A stretch of DNA of 64,000 bases from Caulobacteraceae bacterium (GCA_947478785.1 CANJXI010000006.1:14961-78960), one strand, 5' to 3'; positions 20,178 to 31,479 are shown, counted from the stretch's first letter. Translations and numbers: made by a program. Notes: generated by a model not told the origin, from the letters alone.

Positions 20178-21073
20178 GGCGACCACCGGGCGTAGAAACT
20201 CATCCCCACCTGCCGCTGTCCACCGTCCTGGACCAGGGACAGCTCGCCCCATTCGATGCGCCCGCCCCGGTTCGCCAGCTTCTCCGCCAACAGCCCCGAG
20301 AGCGCCGCGCCGGAGATCCGCTCGGCATAGGCGTTCAGCACCAGGAAGGCGGCGTTTTCCGAAAGAAGTTCGGCGCATAGGCCGGCAAGTTCAGGTAGGT
20401 CGTCGAACAGTCGCCAGACCTCGCCGCCTGGGCCCCGGCCGTACTTCGGCGGATCGAGGATGATCCCCTCGTAGCGCGAACCTCGGCGGGCCTCGCGCTG
20501 GACGTATTTGCGGGCGTCCTCGGTGATCCAGCGGATCGGCCGGTCGGCCAGGCCCGATAGCTCGGCGTTCTCCCGCGCCCAGCCCACGGCCTTCTTCGAG
20601 GCGTCCACGTGGGTCACCGCCGCGCCGGCCTCAGCCATGACCAGGCTGGCCACGCCGGTATAGCCGAAGAGGTTGAGCACCCTGGGCTGGCCCGCGCCGC
20701 GCACGGCGTCCCGCAGCCAGGCCCAGTTCGCCGCCTGCTCCGGGAAGAAGGCCAGGTGCCGGAAGGCGGTGAAGCGCCCCTTGAACTTCACCTCGCCCCA
20801 GGCCAGCGGCCAGGTGTCCACGGGCGCGGCCCGGAACCGCCAGCGGCCTTCGTCCTCGTCGCCCGCCGGGTCGAACACGGCGTCGGCCCTATCCCAGACC
20901 TCCGGCGGCAATCGCGGCGCCCACAGGCACTGCGGCTCGGGCCGCACCACGGTGAAGCGGCCATAGCGCTCCAGCTTGCGCCCGCCGCCGCTGTCCAGCA
21001 GGGCATAGTCGGCCCAGCCTTGCGTGCGCATCACGCCCGGCGCGTCGGCGACCCTGGGTTCGGTTGCGTCCAT
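20174..21073 (-). CDS. Class I SAM-dependent methyltransferase (RlmI/RlmK-like)
   Basis: VLNLFGYTG, THVDAS, IILDPPKYG. Confidence 0.88.
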   Translation of the reverse strand: MDATEPRVADAPGVMRTQGWADYALLDSGGGRKLERYGRFTVVRPEPQCLWAPRLPPEVWDRADAVFDPAGDEDEGRWRFRAAPVDTWPLAWGEVKFKGRFTAFRHLAFFPEQAANWAWLRDAVRGAGQPRVLNLFGYTGVASLVMAEAGAAVTHVDASKKAVGWARENAELSGLADRPIRWITEDARKYVQREARRGSRYEGIILDPPKYGRGPGGEVWRLFDDLPELAGLCAELLSENAAFLVLNAYAERISGAALSGLLAEKLANRGGRIEWGELSLVQDGGQRQVGMSFYARWSP

Positions 21074-21213
21074 GTCCGCGCATTAGGGCGCGCCCGACGC
21101 GGCGTCCACTCCGCTCTCCATTGAATCCCCAGCCGATCCCCGGGCGGGGCTTGTCACAGTTACAGAATTGGGCTCCCGTTGCCGCCACCAAGCGACGTGG
21201 GGGAAACCTGATC

Positions 21214-21852
21214 TTGACGGCAGCACCCGCCACCACCGCGCGCCGCTCCGCCCGCAAGGCCAAGGGCGACGGACACCTTCGGCGCGCCGAGATCCTGGAG
21301 GTCGCCGAGCGCATCTTCATCGCCCAGGGCTATGAGGGCGCGACGATCCGCAAGATCGCCGACGAGGTGGGCGTGTCTTCCACCGCGCTCTACATGCACT
21401 TCCCCGACAAGGATGCTATCCTGCTGGAGATTTGCGAGCGCACCTTCCGCCTGCTGCTGGAGCGCAACCGCGAATTCGCCGCCCGCCCGCTCGACGCCGT
21501 GGTCCGGGTGAAGATGATGCTGGAGGCCTATATGCGCTGGGGCCTTGAGCACCCCAACGCCTATCAGCTTGTCTATACCGCGCCCCGTCCGCTATCGGCG
21601 AGTCTATGGCCGGAGGACACGGTCGACCTGAGCACCCAATGCTACGTGATTTTCTGCAACGCCGTGCGCGAGATCGCCGCCGCCGGGCGGCTGCGGACGG
21701 GTACGGCCGACACGGCGGCCCAGGCGATGTGGATGTCCTGCCACGGCGTGGTGGCGCTCCTGGCCGCGCGTCCCAACTTCGCCTGGGCCGACCGCGAGGA
21801 GCTGATTCGGGTGACCCTCGATGGCGTGCTGAACGGCCTGGTGGTCGACTGA
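21214..21852 (+). CDS. TetR/AcrR family transcriptional regulator
   Basis: HTH GATIRKIADEVGVSSTALYMHFPDK; probable TTG start 21214. Confidence 0.92.
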   Translation: MTAAPATTARRSARKAKGDGHLRRAEILEVAERIFIAQGYEGATIRKIADEVGVSSTALYMHFPDKDAILLEICERTFRLLLERNREFAARPLDAVVRVKMMLEAYMRWGLEHPNAYQLVYTAPRPLSASLWPEDTVDLSTQCYVIFCNAVREIAAAGRLRTGTADTAAQAMWMSCHGVVALLAARPNFAWADREELIRVTLDGVLNGLVVD

Positions 21853-22649
21853 GGCCGTTCGGCCCCGCGCTCGCCCTGGCGCTCGCCCTGGCGACGGGCG
21901 CCCAGGCCTCGCCGAGGGTCCTCTCCTTCGACCAGTGCGCCGATCAGTTCGTCCTGGCGCTCAGCCCACGCGAGGCCATCGTCGGCCTCTCCAGCCGGGC
22001 CGACGACGCCGATTCCCGCCTGCGCGCCCAGGCCCACGGCCTGCCGCTACGGCGCGTGGACCTCGAATCCGCCCTGGCGGCGCGGCCGGACCTGGTGGTG
22101 CGCCACTGGGGCGGCGACGACCGCATGGTCCGGGCCCTCCAGAAGCGCGGCGTTCGCGTGGTCACCCTTGGCGAGGCGAGGGGATTCGACGACGTCCGTC
22201 GTAACATCCGTCAGGTGGCCCAGGCGCTCGGCCGCCAGGCGGCGGGCGAGCGCCTGATCGCCGTGATGGACGCGCGGCTCGCGCGATCGGCCGGCGCCTG
22301 GGGCGGCAGGAACGGGCTCTACCTCACCCCCAGCGGCGTCACCGCCGGGTCCGGCACCCTGGTGGACGCGGTCCTGCGCGCGGCGGGCATGTCCAACGCC
22401 GAGACCCGCACCGGCTACCAGACGGTGTCGCTGGAGGAGATGGCGCTCCGTCCGCCCCAGACCGTGGTCCTGGGCTTCTTCGACACCTTCCAGTTGGCCG
22501 GCGACAGCTGGGGCCCCGGCCGCCACCAGGTGCTGAAGCGCGTGGTCCGCGAGCGCGCCGTGGCCAGCCTGCCGGGCGGCATGCTGGGGTGTCCCGACTG
22601 GGGCGCCGCCGAGGCCGCCGAGCTGCTGGCCGCCAAGGCGCCGCGATGA
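21849..22649 (+). CDS. Iron-siderophore/cobalamin ABC transporter substrate-binding protein
   Basis: Signal peptide ..ALALALALATGAQA, RVLSFDQCADQ, TAGSGTLVDAVLRAAG; start uncertain, CTG 21849 proposed. Confidence 0.8.
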   Translation: MRPFGPALALALALATGAQASPRVLSFDQCADQFVLALSPREAIVGLSSRADDADSRLRAQAHGLPLRRVDLESALAARPDLVVRHWGGDDRMVRALQKRGVRVVTLGEARGFDDVRRNIRQVAQALGRQAAGERLIAVMDARLARSAGAWGGRNGLYLTPSGVTAGSGTLVDAVLRAAGMSNAETRTGYQTVSLEEMALRPPQTVVLGFFDTFQLAGDSWGPGRHQVLKRVVRERAVASLPGGMLGCPDWGAAEAAELLAAKAPR

Positions 22650-23632
22650 AGTCGCTGGCGCTCAACCTCCTGCTGGCGGTGATCCTGCTCGCGCTATTGG
22701 CCGCGGGCCTGCTGCTGGGCGAGACGGCCCTGACCCACGCCCAGATCCGCGAGGCGCTGCACAGCCCGGGTTCCGGGCCAGGCGAGATCCTCTGGACCAT
22801 CCGCGCGCCGCGCACCGTGGCCGCCGCGGTGGTCGGGGCTGCGCTGGGGCTGGCCGGGGCGGTGATGCAGGGGCTGTTGCGCAACCCGCTGGCCGATCCG
22901 GGCGTGCTGGGGGTCTCGGGCGGCGCGGGCCTTGGGGCGGCGCTCGCCATCTCGCTCGGCCTGGCCGCCGTCCCGGGGGCGGTGGAGGGCTCGGCGCTGG
23001 CCGCCGCCGTGGTCGCCGGGATCCTGCTGACCTTCCTGGCCGCCCGCTTCCGCGAGCCGGAGACCCTGATCCTGTTCGGCGTGGCGCTGGCCGCCTTCGC
23101 CGGCGCGCTGACCTCGCTGGTGTTCAACTTCTCACCCTCGCCGGTGACGCTCGCCGAGGTGTTCGCGTGGCTGCTGGGGTCGGTGGCCAACCGCGACTGG
23201 TCCGACATTGGCCGCGAGCTTGTCCCCATGGGCGTAGGCGCGGCGCTCTGCGCCTATGCGGCGCGGGGCCTGGTCATGCTGAGCCTTGGGGAGGAGACCG
23301 CCCAGCTCTCAGGCCTGCCGATGGCCAGGCTGAGGGCGGCCGCCGTCGCCGGCGCGTCCCTGCTCACCGGCGCCGCCGTGGCCATGGCCGGCATCGTGGG
23401 TTTCGTGGGTCTGGCCGCCCCACACCTGGTCCGATCCGCCGCCGGCGCCGATCCCGGCCGGGTGCTGCTGCCGTCGGCCTTCGCGGGCGCGGGCCTGCTG
23501 GTCGCCGCCGACCTGGCCGCGCGCGTGATCCCCACCGACCTGGAGCTCAAGCTGGGCGTCGTCACCGCGCTCTTCGGTGCGCCGCTGTTCGCCCTGATCG
23601 CCTGGCGCGCGGCGCGGAACTGGCGCGGATGA
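22646..23632 (+). CDS. FecCD/BtuC family ABC permease
   Basis: IRAPR, MQGLLRNPLADPGVLG, GIVGFVGLAAPH; ATGA overlap. Confidence 0.93.
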   Translation: MKSLALNLLLAVILLALLAAGLLLGETALTHAQIREALHSPGSGPGEILWTIRAPRTVAAAVVGAALGLAGAVMQGLLRNPLADPGVLGVSGGAGLGAALAISLGLAAVPGAVEGSALAAAVVAGILLTFLAARFREPETLILFGVALAAFAGALTSLVFNFSPSPVTLAEVFAWLLGSVANRDWSDIGRELVPMGVGAALCAYAARGLVMLSLGEETAQLSGLPMARLRAAAVAGASLLTGAAVAMAGIVGFVGLAAPHLVRSAAGADPGRVLLPSAFAGAGLLVAADLAARVIPTDLELKLGVVTALFGAPLFALIAWRAARNWRG

Positions 23633-24393
23633 CGCCGGTCCTGGACCTCCGGAACGCCACGGTCGCAAGGGGCTCCGCCGTCGTCCTGGCCGACGCCAGC
23701 CTGGTCGCGCGGCCGGGCGAGGTCGTGGGTGTGGTCGGGGCCAACGGGGCCGGCAAGACCACCCTGCTGCGCGCGGCCCTGGGCCTGGCCCACCTCAAGG
23801 TGGGCTCGTCGCTGCTGTCCGGCCGGGACGTGGCGGCCATGTCCGACGCCGAGCGCGCCGCGCTCGCCGCCTACCTGCCGCAGGAGCGCCGCGTCGGCTG
23901 GAACCTGCCGGCCTGGCGGGTGGCGAGTCTCGGCGCCTTCAGCCGACCGCCGCGCGAGGCCGAGGCTCTCGCCCGCGCCGCGCTGGTCCGCGTGGGCCTC
24001 GCGGGCCTGCAGGACCGGGGCGTCCTCGACATGTCCGGCGGCGAGCGGGGCAGGGCGCTGCTGGCCCGCCTGCTGGCCGCCCGCGCCCCGCTGGTCGTGG
24101 CCGACGAGCCGGCCGCCGGCCTCGACCCCGACGCCCAGCTCCTGGCGCTGGAGCTGTTCCGCGAGGAGGCCGAGCGCGGGGCAAGCGTCGTGCTGACCCT
24201 GCACGACCTGGGCCTGGCCGCGCGGGCCTGCGACCGCATCGTGGTTCTGCTGGCGGGGCGTGTGGTCGCCGACGGTCCGCCAGCCGACGCGCTCAGCCCA
24301 GATGTCCTGGCCGCCGCCTTCGGCCTCGATGGCGGTTTGCGCGAGACCGAGCTTGGCCCCATGCTCGCGGTCAGGCGGCGCAGGCTGCACTGA
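23629..24393 (+). CDS. Iron/cobalamin ABC transporter ATP-binding protein
   Basis: GANGAGKTT, MSGGERGR, VADEP, LHDL; ATGA overlap. Confidence 0.93.
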   Translation: MTPVLDLRNATVARGSAVVLADASLVARPGEVVGVVGANGAGKTTLLRAALGLAHLKVGSSLLSGRDVAAMSDAERAALAAYLPQERRVGWNLPAWRVASLGAFSRPPREAEALARAALVRVGLAGLQDRGVLDMSGGERGRALLARLLAARAPLVVADEPAAGLDPDAQLLALELFREEAERGASVVLTLHDLGLAARACDRIVVLLAGRVVADGPPADALSPDVLAAAFGLDGGLRETELGPMLAVRRRRLH

Positions 24394-24407
24394 AGGGGGG
24401 CGGTTCG

Positions 24408-24764
24408 ATGAAATTCGCGAAGTGGTCGTTCTACGCCGCGGCGCTCTACGGCTTCATCAGCCTGCCGCCGCTCTATTTCCTGGAGACGATGGCCGCGCCC
24501 GGCCTGACCCACCCGGAATACTATTACGGCTTCATCGGGACGGCGATCGCCTGCCAGATCCTGTTCGTGGTCATCGGCCGCGACCCGGTCCGGATGCGCC
24601 CGGCGATGCCGGCGGCCATGGTCGAGAAGCTCAGCTTCGTCGTGGCGCTCGGCTGGCTCTACGCGCTCCACCGCCTGCCCGGAAACATGCTGCTGTTCGC
24701 CGCTTTCGACGCGCTATGGGCCGCGCTCTTCATCGCTTCCTGGCGCAAGACGCCCAGGACCTGA
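24408..24764 (+). CDS. Small hypothetical membrane protein
   Basis: Four hydrophobic segments, typical codon usage, directly after the ABC operon. Confidence 0.75.
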   Translation: MKFAKWSFYAAALYGFISLPPLYFLETMAAPGLTHPEYYYGFIGTAIACQILFVVIGRDPVRMRPAMPAAMVEKLSFVVALGWLYALHRLPGNMLLFAAFDALWAALFIASWRKTPRT

Positions 24765-24767
24765 CGC

Positions 24768-26870
24768 CTACGTCCCCGGCTGGCCATTCGACGCCACCGA
24801 CGGCGGTGGACCCTGGTAGCTGTAGCCACCGCGCCGCAGGTCGTTGGAGAGCGTGATGGTCGCCGATCCGCCGTTCAGCTTGGCGCGATAGACCTGCATG
24901 CCCTCCAGCACCCGCATGACGTAGTTGCGGGTCTCCGAAAACGGGATGCACTCGATGAAATCCAGCGGATCGGTGGCGCCGCCGCGCGGGTCGCCGCAGA
25001 ACGACGACCACTGCACAGGCCGGCCGGGACCGGCGTTGTAGCCCGCCACCGCCATGACGTAGGAGCCTGAGAACTGGTCCACCAGCCCGCCCAGGTAGCT
25101 GGAGCCCAGGCGCATGTTGTAGTCCGGCTCGTCCAGCATGGCGGGCGAATAGCCCATGCCGTTCTTGCGGGCGACGACCGCCGCCGTGGTCGGCATCAGC
25201 TGCATCATGCCCCGCGCGCCCACGCCGGAGCGCACCATCGGGTCGAAGCCGCTCTCCTGGCGGGTGATGCCGAGCACCAGAGACGGCTCCGGCGCGTTCG
25301 ACACCGGCGGCGGATTTCGGAACGGGTAGGCCCGCTGCGGCAGGATGAAGCCGCGCTGGGCCGCGCCGCGGGCCACCTTCATGGAGGTGTCCTGGTCGCC
25401 ATATCCGCGCACCATGTCGACGAGCAGCGCCTCGTCCTCCAGCGTCGGCAGGGTGTCGTCGAGGTTGAGCGCGAACACCTTGAAGAGTTCGCGCTGGCCG
25501 TTGTCGTAGAAGAGGCGCGCGGCGGCCACCGGCGGGCGGGCTTCGAAGCGCAGGCGGGCCTCGGGCGTGATCACCGGGTCGGAGACCAGGGTCAGGCGCT
25601 GGCCGATCTTCTCGCCGGCGAGCTGGCCGTAGAAGGTCGTGTAGTGCTGAGCGGCGCGGCGATAGAAGTCCTCGGCGGCGGCCTGGTCCTTGCGCGCCTC
25701 GGCCGCGCGGCCCTGCCAATAGAGCGCCCGGCCCTTGGTGATCGGCGAGGAGCCGATCCGTTCCAGCGCCGCGAAATGGCGCGCCGCGCGCTCGGGATCG
25801 TTCAGGCGGGTCAGCGCGATCCAGCCCGCGTAGAATTCCGCGTCGGCGGCGTCCGAGCCGCTGGTCAGCCCCGAATCAGCGGCCGCGGCGTAGGCGCTGC
25901 GGGCGTCGCCGTTGCGCAGCGACGACAGCACCAGCCGGTGGCGCTCGTCCCAGATGCGGTCGCCCTGCTCGGGGGTGACCACTTCCTTCGGGAAATACTG
26001 CAGCTGGCCCAGCGCCAGGTTGTCCAGGCCCCGGCGGCGCAGGTATGCGGCGCGCTCGAAGGCCAGGCCCGGGCTGGTGGAGGCCTCGGCGGGCAGGGCG
26101 GCTGCGAGGTCGTTGGCGTTGCCGGCGTCGGCGCGGAAGGCCATCCGGGCCAGCGCCACCCGCTGCTCGTCGGCGCTGAGCATCGCCACCATCTCGCGCG
26201 CCGCGGGGCCTTGCGAGCCGTAGAGCAGGATATCGGCGCGGCGGGCGTGGTCCTCGACGGTGAGCACGTCGCCGAAGCGGGCCAGCATGGTCCGCTGGAC
26301 CTCGGCCTCGAAGGTCTTGTCGCGCCACCAGCGGCGGATCAGGGTGGTAGCCTCGGCGGGCCGGCCGAGATTGCGGTAGGCCTGGGCGAGCGCCATCGCG
26401 CCCTGGGCCGTGGCCGGCGGCGCGCCCGCGAACCAGTCGATAACCTGCTGCGGAGGCTTGCCGGCGCCTTCCAGGAGCCGCTCGGCCGCGGCCTGGCGAC
26501 GCCCGGCGCGGGGCCAATCGGCCAGGTCCCGGCGGGCCGCGTCCACCTCGTAGAAGCCCAGCGAATCGGCGTTGCTGTCGACCAGCACCCAGGTGGCCGC
26601 GCGCCTCGCCAGCGAATCACCGATCCCGCCGATGCTGTTCCGCGCGCCGGAAACGTCGCCCCGCCGCGCCTGTTCGATCGACTGGCGGAACAAGGTGAGG
26701 TCGCTGGCGGTTAGGGGGTGGCTGGCGTTGCGCTGGTCGAGGGCGGGACCCGCCAGATCGGCGGCGCGGGCGCTCTCCAGGATGTCGCCCAGGGGGTCAA
26801 CCGGCTGGGCGTGCGCCATGGCGGCGGCCATGGCGGCTATCCCGGCGATCAGTACAGTCTTGCGTGCCAC
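24768..26870 (-). CDS. Soluble lytic murein transglycosylase (Slt70-like)
   Basis: [36 protein letters not shown]; signal peptide from GTG 26870. Confidence 0.93.
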   Translation of the reverse strand: MARKTVLIAGIAAMAAAMAHAQPVDPLGDILESARAADLAGPALDQRNASHPLTASDLTLFRQSIEQARRGDVSGARNSIGGIGDSLARRAATWVLVDSNADSLGFYEVDAARRDLADWPRAGRRQAAAERLLEGAGKPPQQVIDWFAGAPPATAQGAMALAQAYRNLGRPAEATTLIRRWWRDKTFEAEVQRTMLARFGDVLTVEDHARRADILLYGSQGPAAREMVAMLSADEQRVALARMAFRADAGNANDLAAALPAEASTSPGLAFERAAYLRRRGLDNLALGQLQYFPKEVVTPEQGDRIWDERHRLVLSSLRNGDARSAYAAAADSGLTSGSDAADAEFYAGWIALTRLNDPERAARHFAALERIGSSPITKGRALYWQGRAAEARKDQAAAEDFYRRAAQHYTTFYGQLAGEKIGQRLTLVSDPVITPEARLRFEARPPVAAARLFYDNGQRELFKVFALNLDDTLPTLEDEALLVDMVRGYGDQDTSMKVARGAAQRGFILPQRAYPFRNPPPVSNAPEPSLVLGITRQESGFDPMVRSGVGARGMMQLMPTTAAVVARKNGMGYSPAMLDEPDYNMRLGSSYLGGLVDQFSGSYVMAVAGYNAGPGRPVQWSSFCGDPRGGATDPLDFIECIPFSETRNYVMRVLEGMQVYRAKLNGGSATITLSNDLRRGGYSYQGPPPSVASNGQPGT

Positions 26871-27003
26871 CGAATACAATCGACGCCCCTTGCGTCCCGA
26901 CGCTTTGGAACACGGACATTGCGGCCCATGCCCACGGCAACATAATGTCCCGGCAAATCTGAACGGCGCCTTACGTGCGCCCATCACGGCAAATTGCGAG
27001 AAA

Positions 27004-27888
27004 ATGGCAGAGCCTCTGTTCAAAGGCGTCCTCCCGGCGTTGGTTACCCCGTTTCGCGACGGCGCGGTCGATGAAACGGCCTTCGTGGCCCTGGTCGAGC
27101 GGCAGATCGCGGGCGGCGTGCACGGACTGGTGCCCGTCGGCACCACCGGCGAGAGCGCGACCCTCACCCACGACGAGCATCGGCGTGTCGTAGAACTCTG
27201 CGTGAAGACCACCGCCGGCCGCGTGCCGGTGATCGCCGGCTGCGGCTCCAACGCGACAGCCGAGGCCATCGAGCTCGCCCGCCACGCCAAGCGGGTCGGG
27301 GCCGACGCGGCCCTGGTGGTGACGCCCTACTACAACCGGCCGAGCCAGGAGGGCCTCTACGCCCACTATGCGGCGATCAACGAGGCGGTGCAGATTCCGG
27401 TGCTGGTCTACAACGTGCCCGGCCGCACCAGCATCGACATCGCCAACGACACCCTGGCCAGGCTTTCCAAGCTGCCGAATATCGTCGGCATCAAGGACGC
27501 CACCAGCGACATGACCCGGCCCAGCATCCAGCGGCTGACGTGCGGCGAGGACTGGGTGATGCTGTCGGGCGATGACGCGACCGCGCTCGGCTACATGGCG
27601 CACGGCGGCCACGGCTCGATCTCGGTGACCGTCAATGTCGCGCCCGAGCAGGTGGCGCAGTTCCACAACGACGCCCTGTCGGGCCAGTGGCCGGGCGCGC
27701 TCTACGCCCAGGACCGGCTGATCCGGCTGCACCGGGCGCTGTTCTCCGACGCCTCGCCGGCGCCAACGAAATTCGCGCTTGCCCACCTGGGGCTCTGCTC
27801 GGAGGAGTGCCGCCTGCCGATCACGCCCGCCTCTGAGGCGTCTCGCGCCGAGGTGCTCGCCGGAATGCGGGACGCCGGTCTCGTCTGA
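27004..27888 (+). CDS. dapA: 4-hydroxy-tetrahydrodipicolinate synthase
   Basis: [28 protein letters not shown]. Confidence 0.97.
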   Translation: MAEPLFKGVLPALVTPFRDGAVDETAFVALVERQIAGGVHGLVPVGTTGESATLTHDEHRRVVELCVKTTAGRVPVIAGCGSNATAEAIELARHAKRVGADAALVVTPYYNRPSQEGLYAHYAAINEAVQIPVLVYNVPGRTSIDIANDTLARLSKLPNIVGIKDATSDMTRPSIQRLTCGEDWVMLSGDDATALGYMAHGGHGSISVTVNVAPEQVAQFHNDALSGQWPGALYAQDRLIRLHRALFSDASPAPTKFALAHLGLCSEECRLPITPASEASRAEVLAGMRDAGLV

Positions 27889-28352
27889 TGGCCCAGGCCG
27901 GCAAGCTGATCGCGGAGAACCGCCGCGCGCGATTCGACTATTTCCTGGAGGAGAGCTTCGAGGCGGGCCTGGCGCTGACCGGCTCGGAGGTTAAGTCGCT
28001 GCGCAACGGCAAGGCCAACATCGCCGAGAGCTACGCGGCGGTGGAGGGCGACCAGATCATGCTAGTGAACGCCGACATCCCGCCTTACGCCCAGGCCGGC
28101 CCGCACTTCAACCACGAGCCGCGCCGCCACCGGAAGCTGCTGCTCAAGCGCAAGCAGATCGACAAGCTGATCGGGGCTGTCCAGCGCGACGGGCGCACCA
28201 TCATCCCGACCAAGCTCTACTGGAACGACAAGGGCCTCGCGAAGCTCGAGATCTCGCTCGCCAAGGGCAAGAAGGAACACGACAAGCGCGAGGCCACCGC
28301 CGCTCGCGACTGGCAGCGCGACAAGGCCCGCCTGCTCAAGGACCATGGCTGA
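27888..28352 (+). CDS. smpB: SsrA-binding protein
   Basis: [33 protein letters not shown]. Confidence 0.98.
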   Translation: MAQAGKLIAENRRARFDYFLEESFEAGLALTGSEVKSLRNGKANIAESYAAVEGDQIMLVNADIPPYAQAGPHFNHEPRRHRKLLLKRKQIDKLIGAVQRDGRTIIPTKLYWNDKGLAKLEISLAKGKKEHDKREATAARDWQRDKARLLKDHG

Positions 28353-29073
28353 ACTGGACGTCGAGGGCATCGAGCGCGCCACCATCGCCGGTGTCGCGCC
28401 GGCCAAGGTGGTGGAGATCGACGGCTGGCTGGCGGCGATGGACCAAGGGCCCATCCTCCGGGCCAAGAGCGCGGTCCCGCTGAGCCACACGGTCCGCAGC
28501 GACGGGCTCGCCGCCATCGAGGCCGCCTATCGCACGGCGGGCTTGCCGCCGGCCTTCCGCATCGCCGAGGTCGCTGGTCTCGCCGACGTCCGCGACGGGC
28601 TGACCGCAGGAGGCTACGCGGCCCAGCAGGCCACCCTCGTCAAGATCGGCGAAGTCGCTCGCCTGGCCGCGTTGCATGACCGCCCGGCCGACCTGCTCGA
28701 ACGGCCTGACGACGCCTGGCGAGCGGTGTTCATGGGCGAGGGCTTCGATCCGCAAGACGGGGCGGGCAGGGCGGCCGCGCTGACCCGCTCGCCGGACGCG
28801 GTCTATGCCGCCGTGCGCGAGGACGGCCGCATCGTCGCCGTGGGCGCCGCCACTTTCGGCCATGGCTGGGCGGGCGTGCACGGCATGCGCACGGCCCTGG
28901 ATCGTCGCGGCCGAGGCTACGCGAGCCGGGTGCTGACCGCGCTTGGGAGGGCCATCGCCGGGCGCGGCGTGAACGGCGTCTACCTGCAGGTCGACGAGGA
29001 CAACCCCGCACGCCGCCTCTACCGCCAGGCGGGTTTCACCGAGGCGTGGCGCTATCGTTACTGGCGCCTGTGA
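28345..29073 (+). CDS. GNAT family N-acetyltransferase
   Basis: [20 protein letters not shown]. Confidence 0.85.
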   Translation: MAELDVEGIERATIAGVAPAKVVEIDGWLAAMDQGPILRAKSAVPLSHTVRSDGLAAIEAAYRTAGLPPAFRIAEVAGLADVRDGLTAGGYAAQQATLVKIGEVARLAALHDRPADLLERPDDAWRAVFMGEGFDPQDGAGRAAALTRSPDAVYAAVREDGRIVAVGAATFGHGWAGVHGMRTALDRRGRGYASRVLTALGRAIAGRGVNGVYLQVDEDNPARRLYRQAGFTEAWRYRYWRL

Positions 29074-29749
29074 GGGCCAGCACCAGCGAGACCATCGGTC
29101 TGCGCACTTTGAACCCCAGCGTCTCGTAGAGCCCGATCGCGCCGGCATTGCTGGCGTAGGCGTGCAGGAACGGCGTCTCGCCGCGATCCAGGATCCGTCC
29201 CATGACCACCCGCATCAGCGCGCCTGCGTACCCACGTCCCCGGCAGTCGGGATGGGTGCAGACCGCGCTTACCTCGGTGAAGCCCTCCGGGCGCATCCGT
29301 TCGCCGGACATGGCGACCAGGCGTCCGTCCTGCTTGACACCCACGAAGGCGCCCAGCCTGTGGGTCATCGCCAGGAACGGCCCGGGCTCGGTGAGGTGGG
29401 CCAGCGCCCGCATCTCCGCCGCGTCGGCCTCGACCAGGTCAATCATCGCGAAGCGCGGTGGCGTCCCCGCCGTCATGGCCTCGGCGGTCATCTGGACCAG
29501 TTCGGCCCGGCGCCGGACCTGGATGCCGCGCGGGACCGGCGCGTCCCCGGTCTCGACCACCCACAGCGGGTCAACCTCGGTGATCAGACCGGCCAGGGCC
29601 GCCAGGCTCTCCGCCGAAGCGTCCGCCGCGGCCCCGAACGGCCCATAGTCCGGCCGTATGCGCAGGGCGCGCGCGTCTCCCAACGCCAGGCCGGACTGCC
29701 GCGTGGTCAGCGCGCTCCAGACGGGCCGGTCAAGCGGATGGGCCGGCAC
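29036..29749 (-). CDS. GNAT family N-acetyltransferase (FR47-like)
   Basis: HPLDRPVWSAL, SAVCTHPDCRGRGYA, NAGAIGLYETLGF. Confidence 0.9.
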   Translation of the reverse strand: MPAHPLDRPVWSALTTRQSGLALGDARALRIRPDYGPFGAAADASAESLAALAGLITEVDPLWVVETGDAPVPRGIQVRRRAELVQMTAEAMTAGTPPRFAMIDLVEADAAEMRALAHLTEPGPFLAMTHRLGAFVGVKQDGRLVAMSGERMRPEGFTEVSAVCTHPDCRGRGYAGALMRVVMGRILDRGETPFLHAYASNAGAIGLYETLGFKVRRPMVSLVLALTGASNDSATPR

Positions 29750-29764
29750 GGATGCGCGGCGGTC

Positions 29765-30163
29765 CTAGGGCTTCAGCTTCTTCGGGATCGCGGCGGCTTC
29801 GGCGGCCGTGAGCCTGGAGATGCCGTTCACGATGCAGGGCGTGGTGATGCCGTTCGCCCCGCCATTGCGCACGCCGAGGTCGAGGTCGATCGGCTTGCAG
29901 ACATAGCCACTCGAGGCGGTGGTGCCGATGACCAGCGGGTCCGTCGGGAACATGCCGGCGAAGCAGCGCCCGGCGGCGGTGATCCGATAAATCCCGCGCC
30001 CCCCGACATCCACATAGATCGTGTGGTCGTCGACGACGGTATGGTTGCGCATGTCCGAGGTCCGGAAGCAGCTGTTGGCGGGGGCCGTCGGCGCGGCCGC
30101 GGCGGGGCCGCCCAGGGCCTGGGCAAGCAGGCCGGCGGCGAGCACGGTGACAATGCGGTTCAT
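29765..30163 (-). CDS. Small secreted Cys-containing hypothetical protein (DUF6491-like)
   Basis: Signal peptide, CF..C..C..C pattern; the family label is tentative. Confidence 0.7.
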   Translation of the reverse strand: MNRIVTVLAAGLLAQALGGPAAAAPTAPANSCFRTSDMRNHTVVDDHTIYVDVGGRGIYRITAAGRCFAGMFPTDPLVIGTTASSGYVCKPIDLDLGVRNGGANGITTPCIVNGISRLTAAEAAAIPKKLKP

Positions 30164-30211
30164 GTCTTCCTCCATCGCGTCCCTTGGGGCGCAATGTAAC
30201 GCGCCGGGCGC

Positions 30212-30865
30212 CTAATCGTCGAGCAGGGTCCGCGCGCGCTCGAACACCGCTTCGAACATCGCGGGCGTCAGCCGGCCGGTGTTCGTGTTGAGCCGGGAGC
30301 AGTGATAGCTGTTCAGCACCACGTAGGGCCCGGCCCGGAACTCCGTCCCGTGGCCCGGCAGGCCGGCCGAGGCCTTCAGGCCCAGCGCCTTCAGCACATT
30401 GCGCCGCGATACGTCGCCCAGGGTAACCATCACCTTCAGCCGGGGCAGGGCCGCGATCCGCGCGCTGAGGAACGGCCGGCAGCTGGCCTCCTCGCCGGTC
30501 TCCGGCTTGTTGCCGGGCGGCGCGCAGCGCACCGCGTTGGTGATCATGCAGTCGACCAGGGCCAGGTCGTCGTCCCCGTTCGGATCATAGGCGCCGCGCG
30601 CGAACCCCGACTTCGCCAGGGTCGCATAAAGCAGCACGCCGGCGTGGTCGCCGGTGAACGGCCGCCCGGTGCGGTTGGCGCCCTGCCGGCCAGGGGCCAG
30701 GCCCACCACCAGGAGCCGCGCGGCCGGGTCGCCGAATGACGGGGCGGGGCCGTTGAACCAGGCCGGATTGGCGGCCGCGTTGGCCGCGCGGTAGGCGACG
30801 AGCCGTGGACAGATCGGGCAGTCGCGGGCGGGCTCCGGGCCGGTCTCAGGCGTCGGCGTCGGCAT
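30212..30865 (-). CDS. Uracil-DNA glycosylase, family 5 (UdgB-like)
   Basis: CPICPRL, GLAPG, GRPFTGD, NAVRCAPPGNKP, HCSRLNTNTG. Confidence 0.9.
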   Translation of the reverse strand: MPTPTPETGPEPARDCPICPRLVAYRAANAAANPAWFNGPAPSFGDPAARLLVVGLAPGRQGANRTGRPFTGDHAGVLLYATLAKSGFARGAYDPNGDDDLALVDCMITNAVRCAPPGNKPETGEEASCRPFLSARIAALPRLKVMVTLGDVSRRNVLKALGLKASAGLPGHGTEFRAGPYVVLNSYHCSRLNTNTGRLTPAMFEAVFERARTLLDD

Positions 30866-31442
30866 CGGTTTCCCGCTCGCCGGCCCGGCTTTCCTGGATG
30901 AACCGGGGCAGGCGCGACGGCCGGCCGATGATCTCGTTGAGGTCGGCCAGGTCCACGAAGCTGTCGGCCTGCCGGCGCAGGTCGTCGGAGACCATCGGCG
31001 GCTGCGATTTCACCGTGGAGACCACCGTCACCCGCACGCCCTTTCGCTGCAAGGCTTCCACCAGATGCAGGAAGTCGCCGTCCCCGGAGAACAGCACCAG
31101 GTGGTCGGCGGAGGCGGCCATCTCCATCATGTCGACGGCGATCTCCACGTCCATGTCGCCACGCCAGCGCTTGCGCCCCTGGGAGTCGGTGTATTCGCGG
31201 GCCGGCTTGGTGACGAGCTGATAGCCGTTGTAGTCGAGCCAATCGACCAGGGGCCGCAGCGGGGAGTAGTCCTCGTGCTCCACCAGGGTGGTGTAGTAAT
31301 AGGCGCGGATCAGCACCCCGCGCTTGCGGAATTCCTCCAGCAGCTTGCGGTAGTCGATGTCGAGGCTCAGCGCCTTGGCGGCGGCGTAGAAGTTGGCGCC
31401 GTCGATGAAGAGGGCGATCCGGTCCGTGGGGTAGAAGGTCAT
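30846..31442 (-). CDS. NYN/LabA (DUF88) domain protein
   Basis: ALFIDGANFY, GDMDVEIAVD, SGDGDF; start ATG 31442. Confidence 0.93.
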   Translation of the reverse strand: MTFYPTDRIALFIDGANFYAAAKALSLDIDYRKLLEEFRKRGVLIRAYYYTTLVEHEDYSPLRPLVDWLDYNGYQLVTKPAREYTDSQGRKRWRGDMDVEIAVDMMEMAASADHLVLFSGDGDFLHLVEALQRKGVRVTVVSTVKSQPPMVSDDLRRQADSFVDLADLNEIIGRPSRLPRFIQESRAGERETDADADA

Positions 31443-31479
31443 CGTCGCGAAATTCCCAAAGGCCCGGCTGGACGAGGCG

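Noticed and set aside
21074-21213. Cobalamin riboswitch upstream of the Btu/Fec-like ABC operon
   Set aside because: No B12-box or other conserved riboswitch elements recognised; substrate left unassigned.
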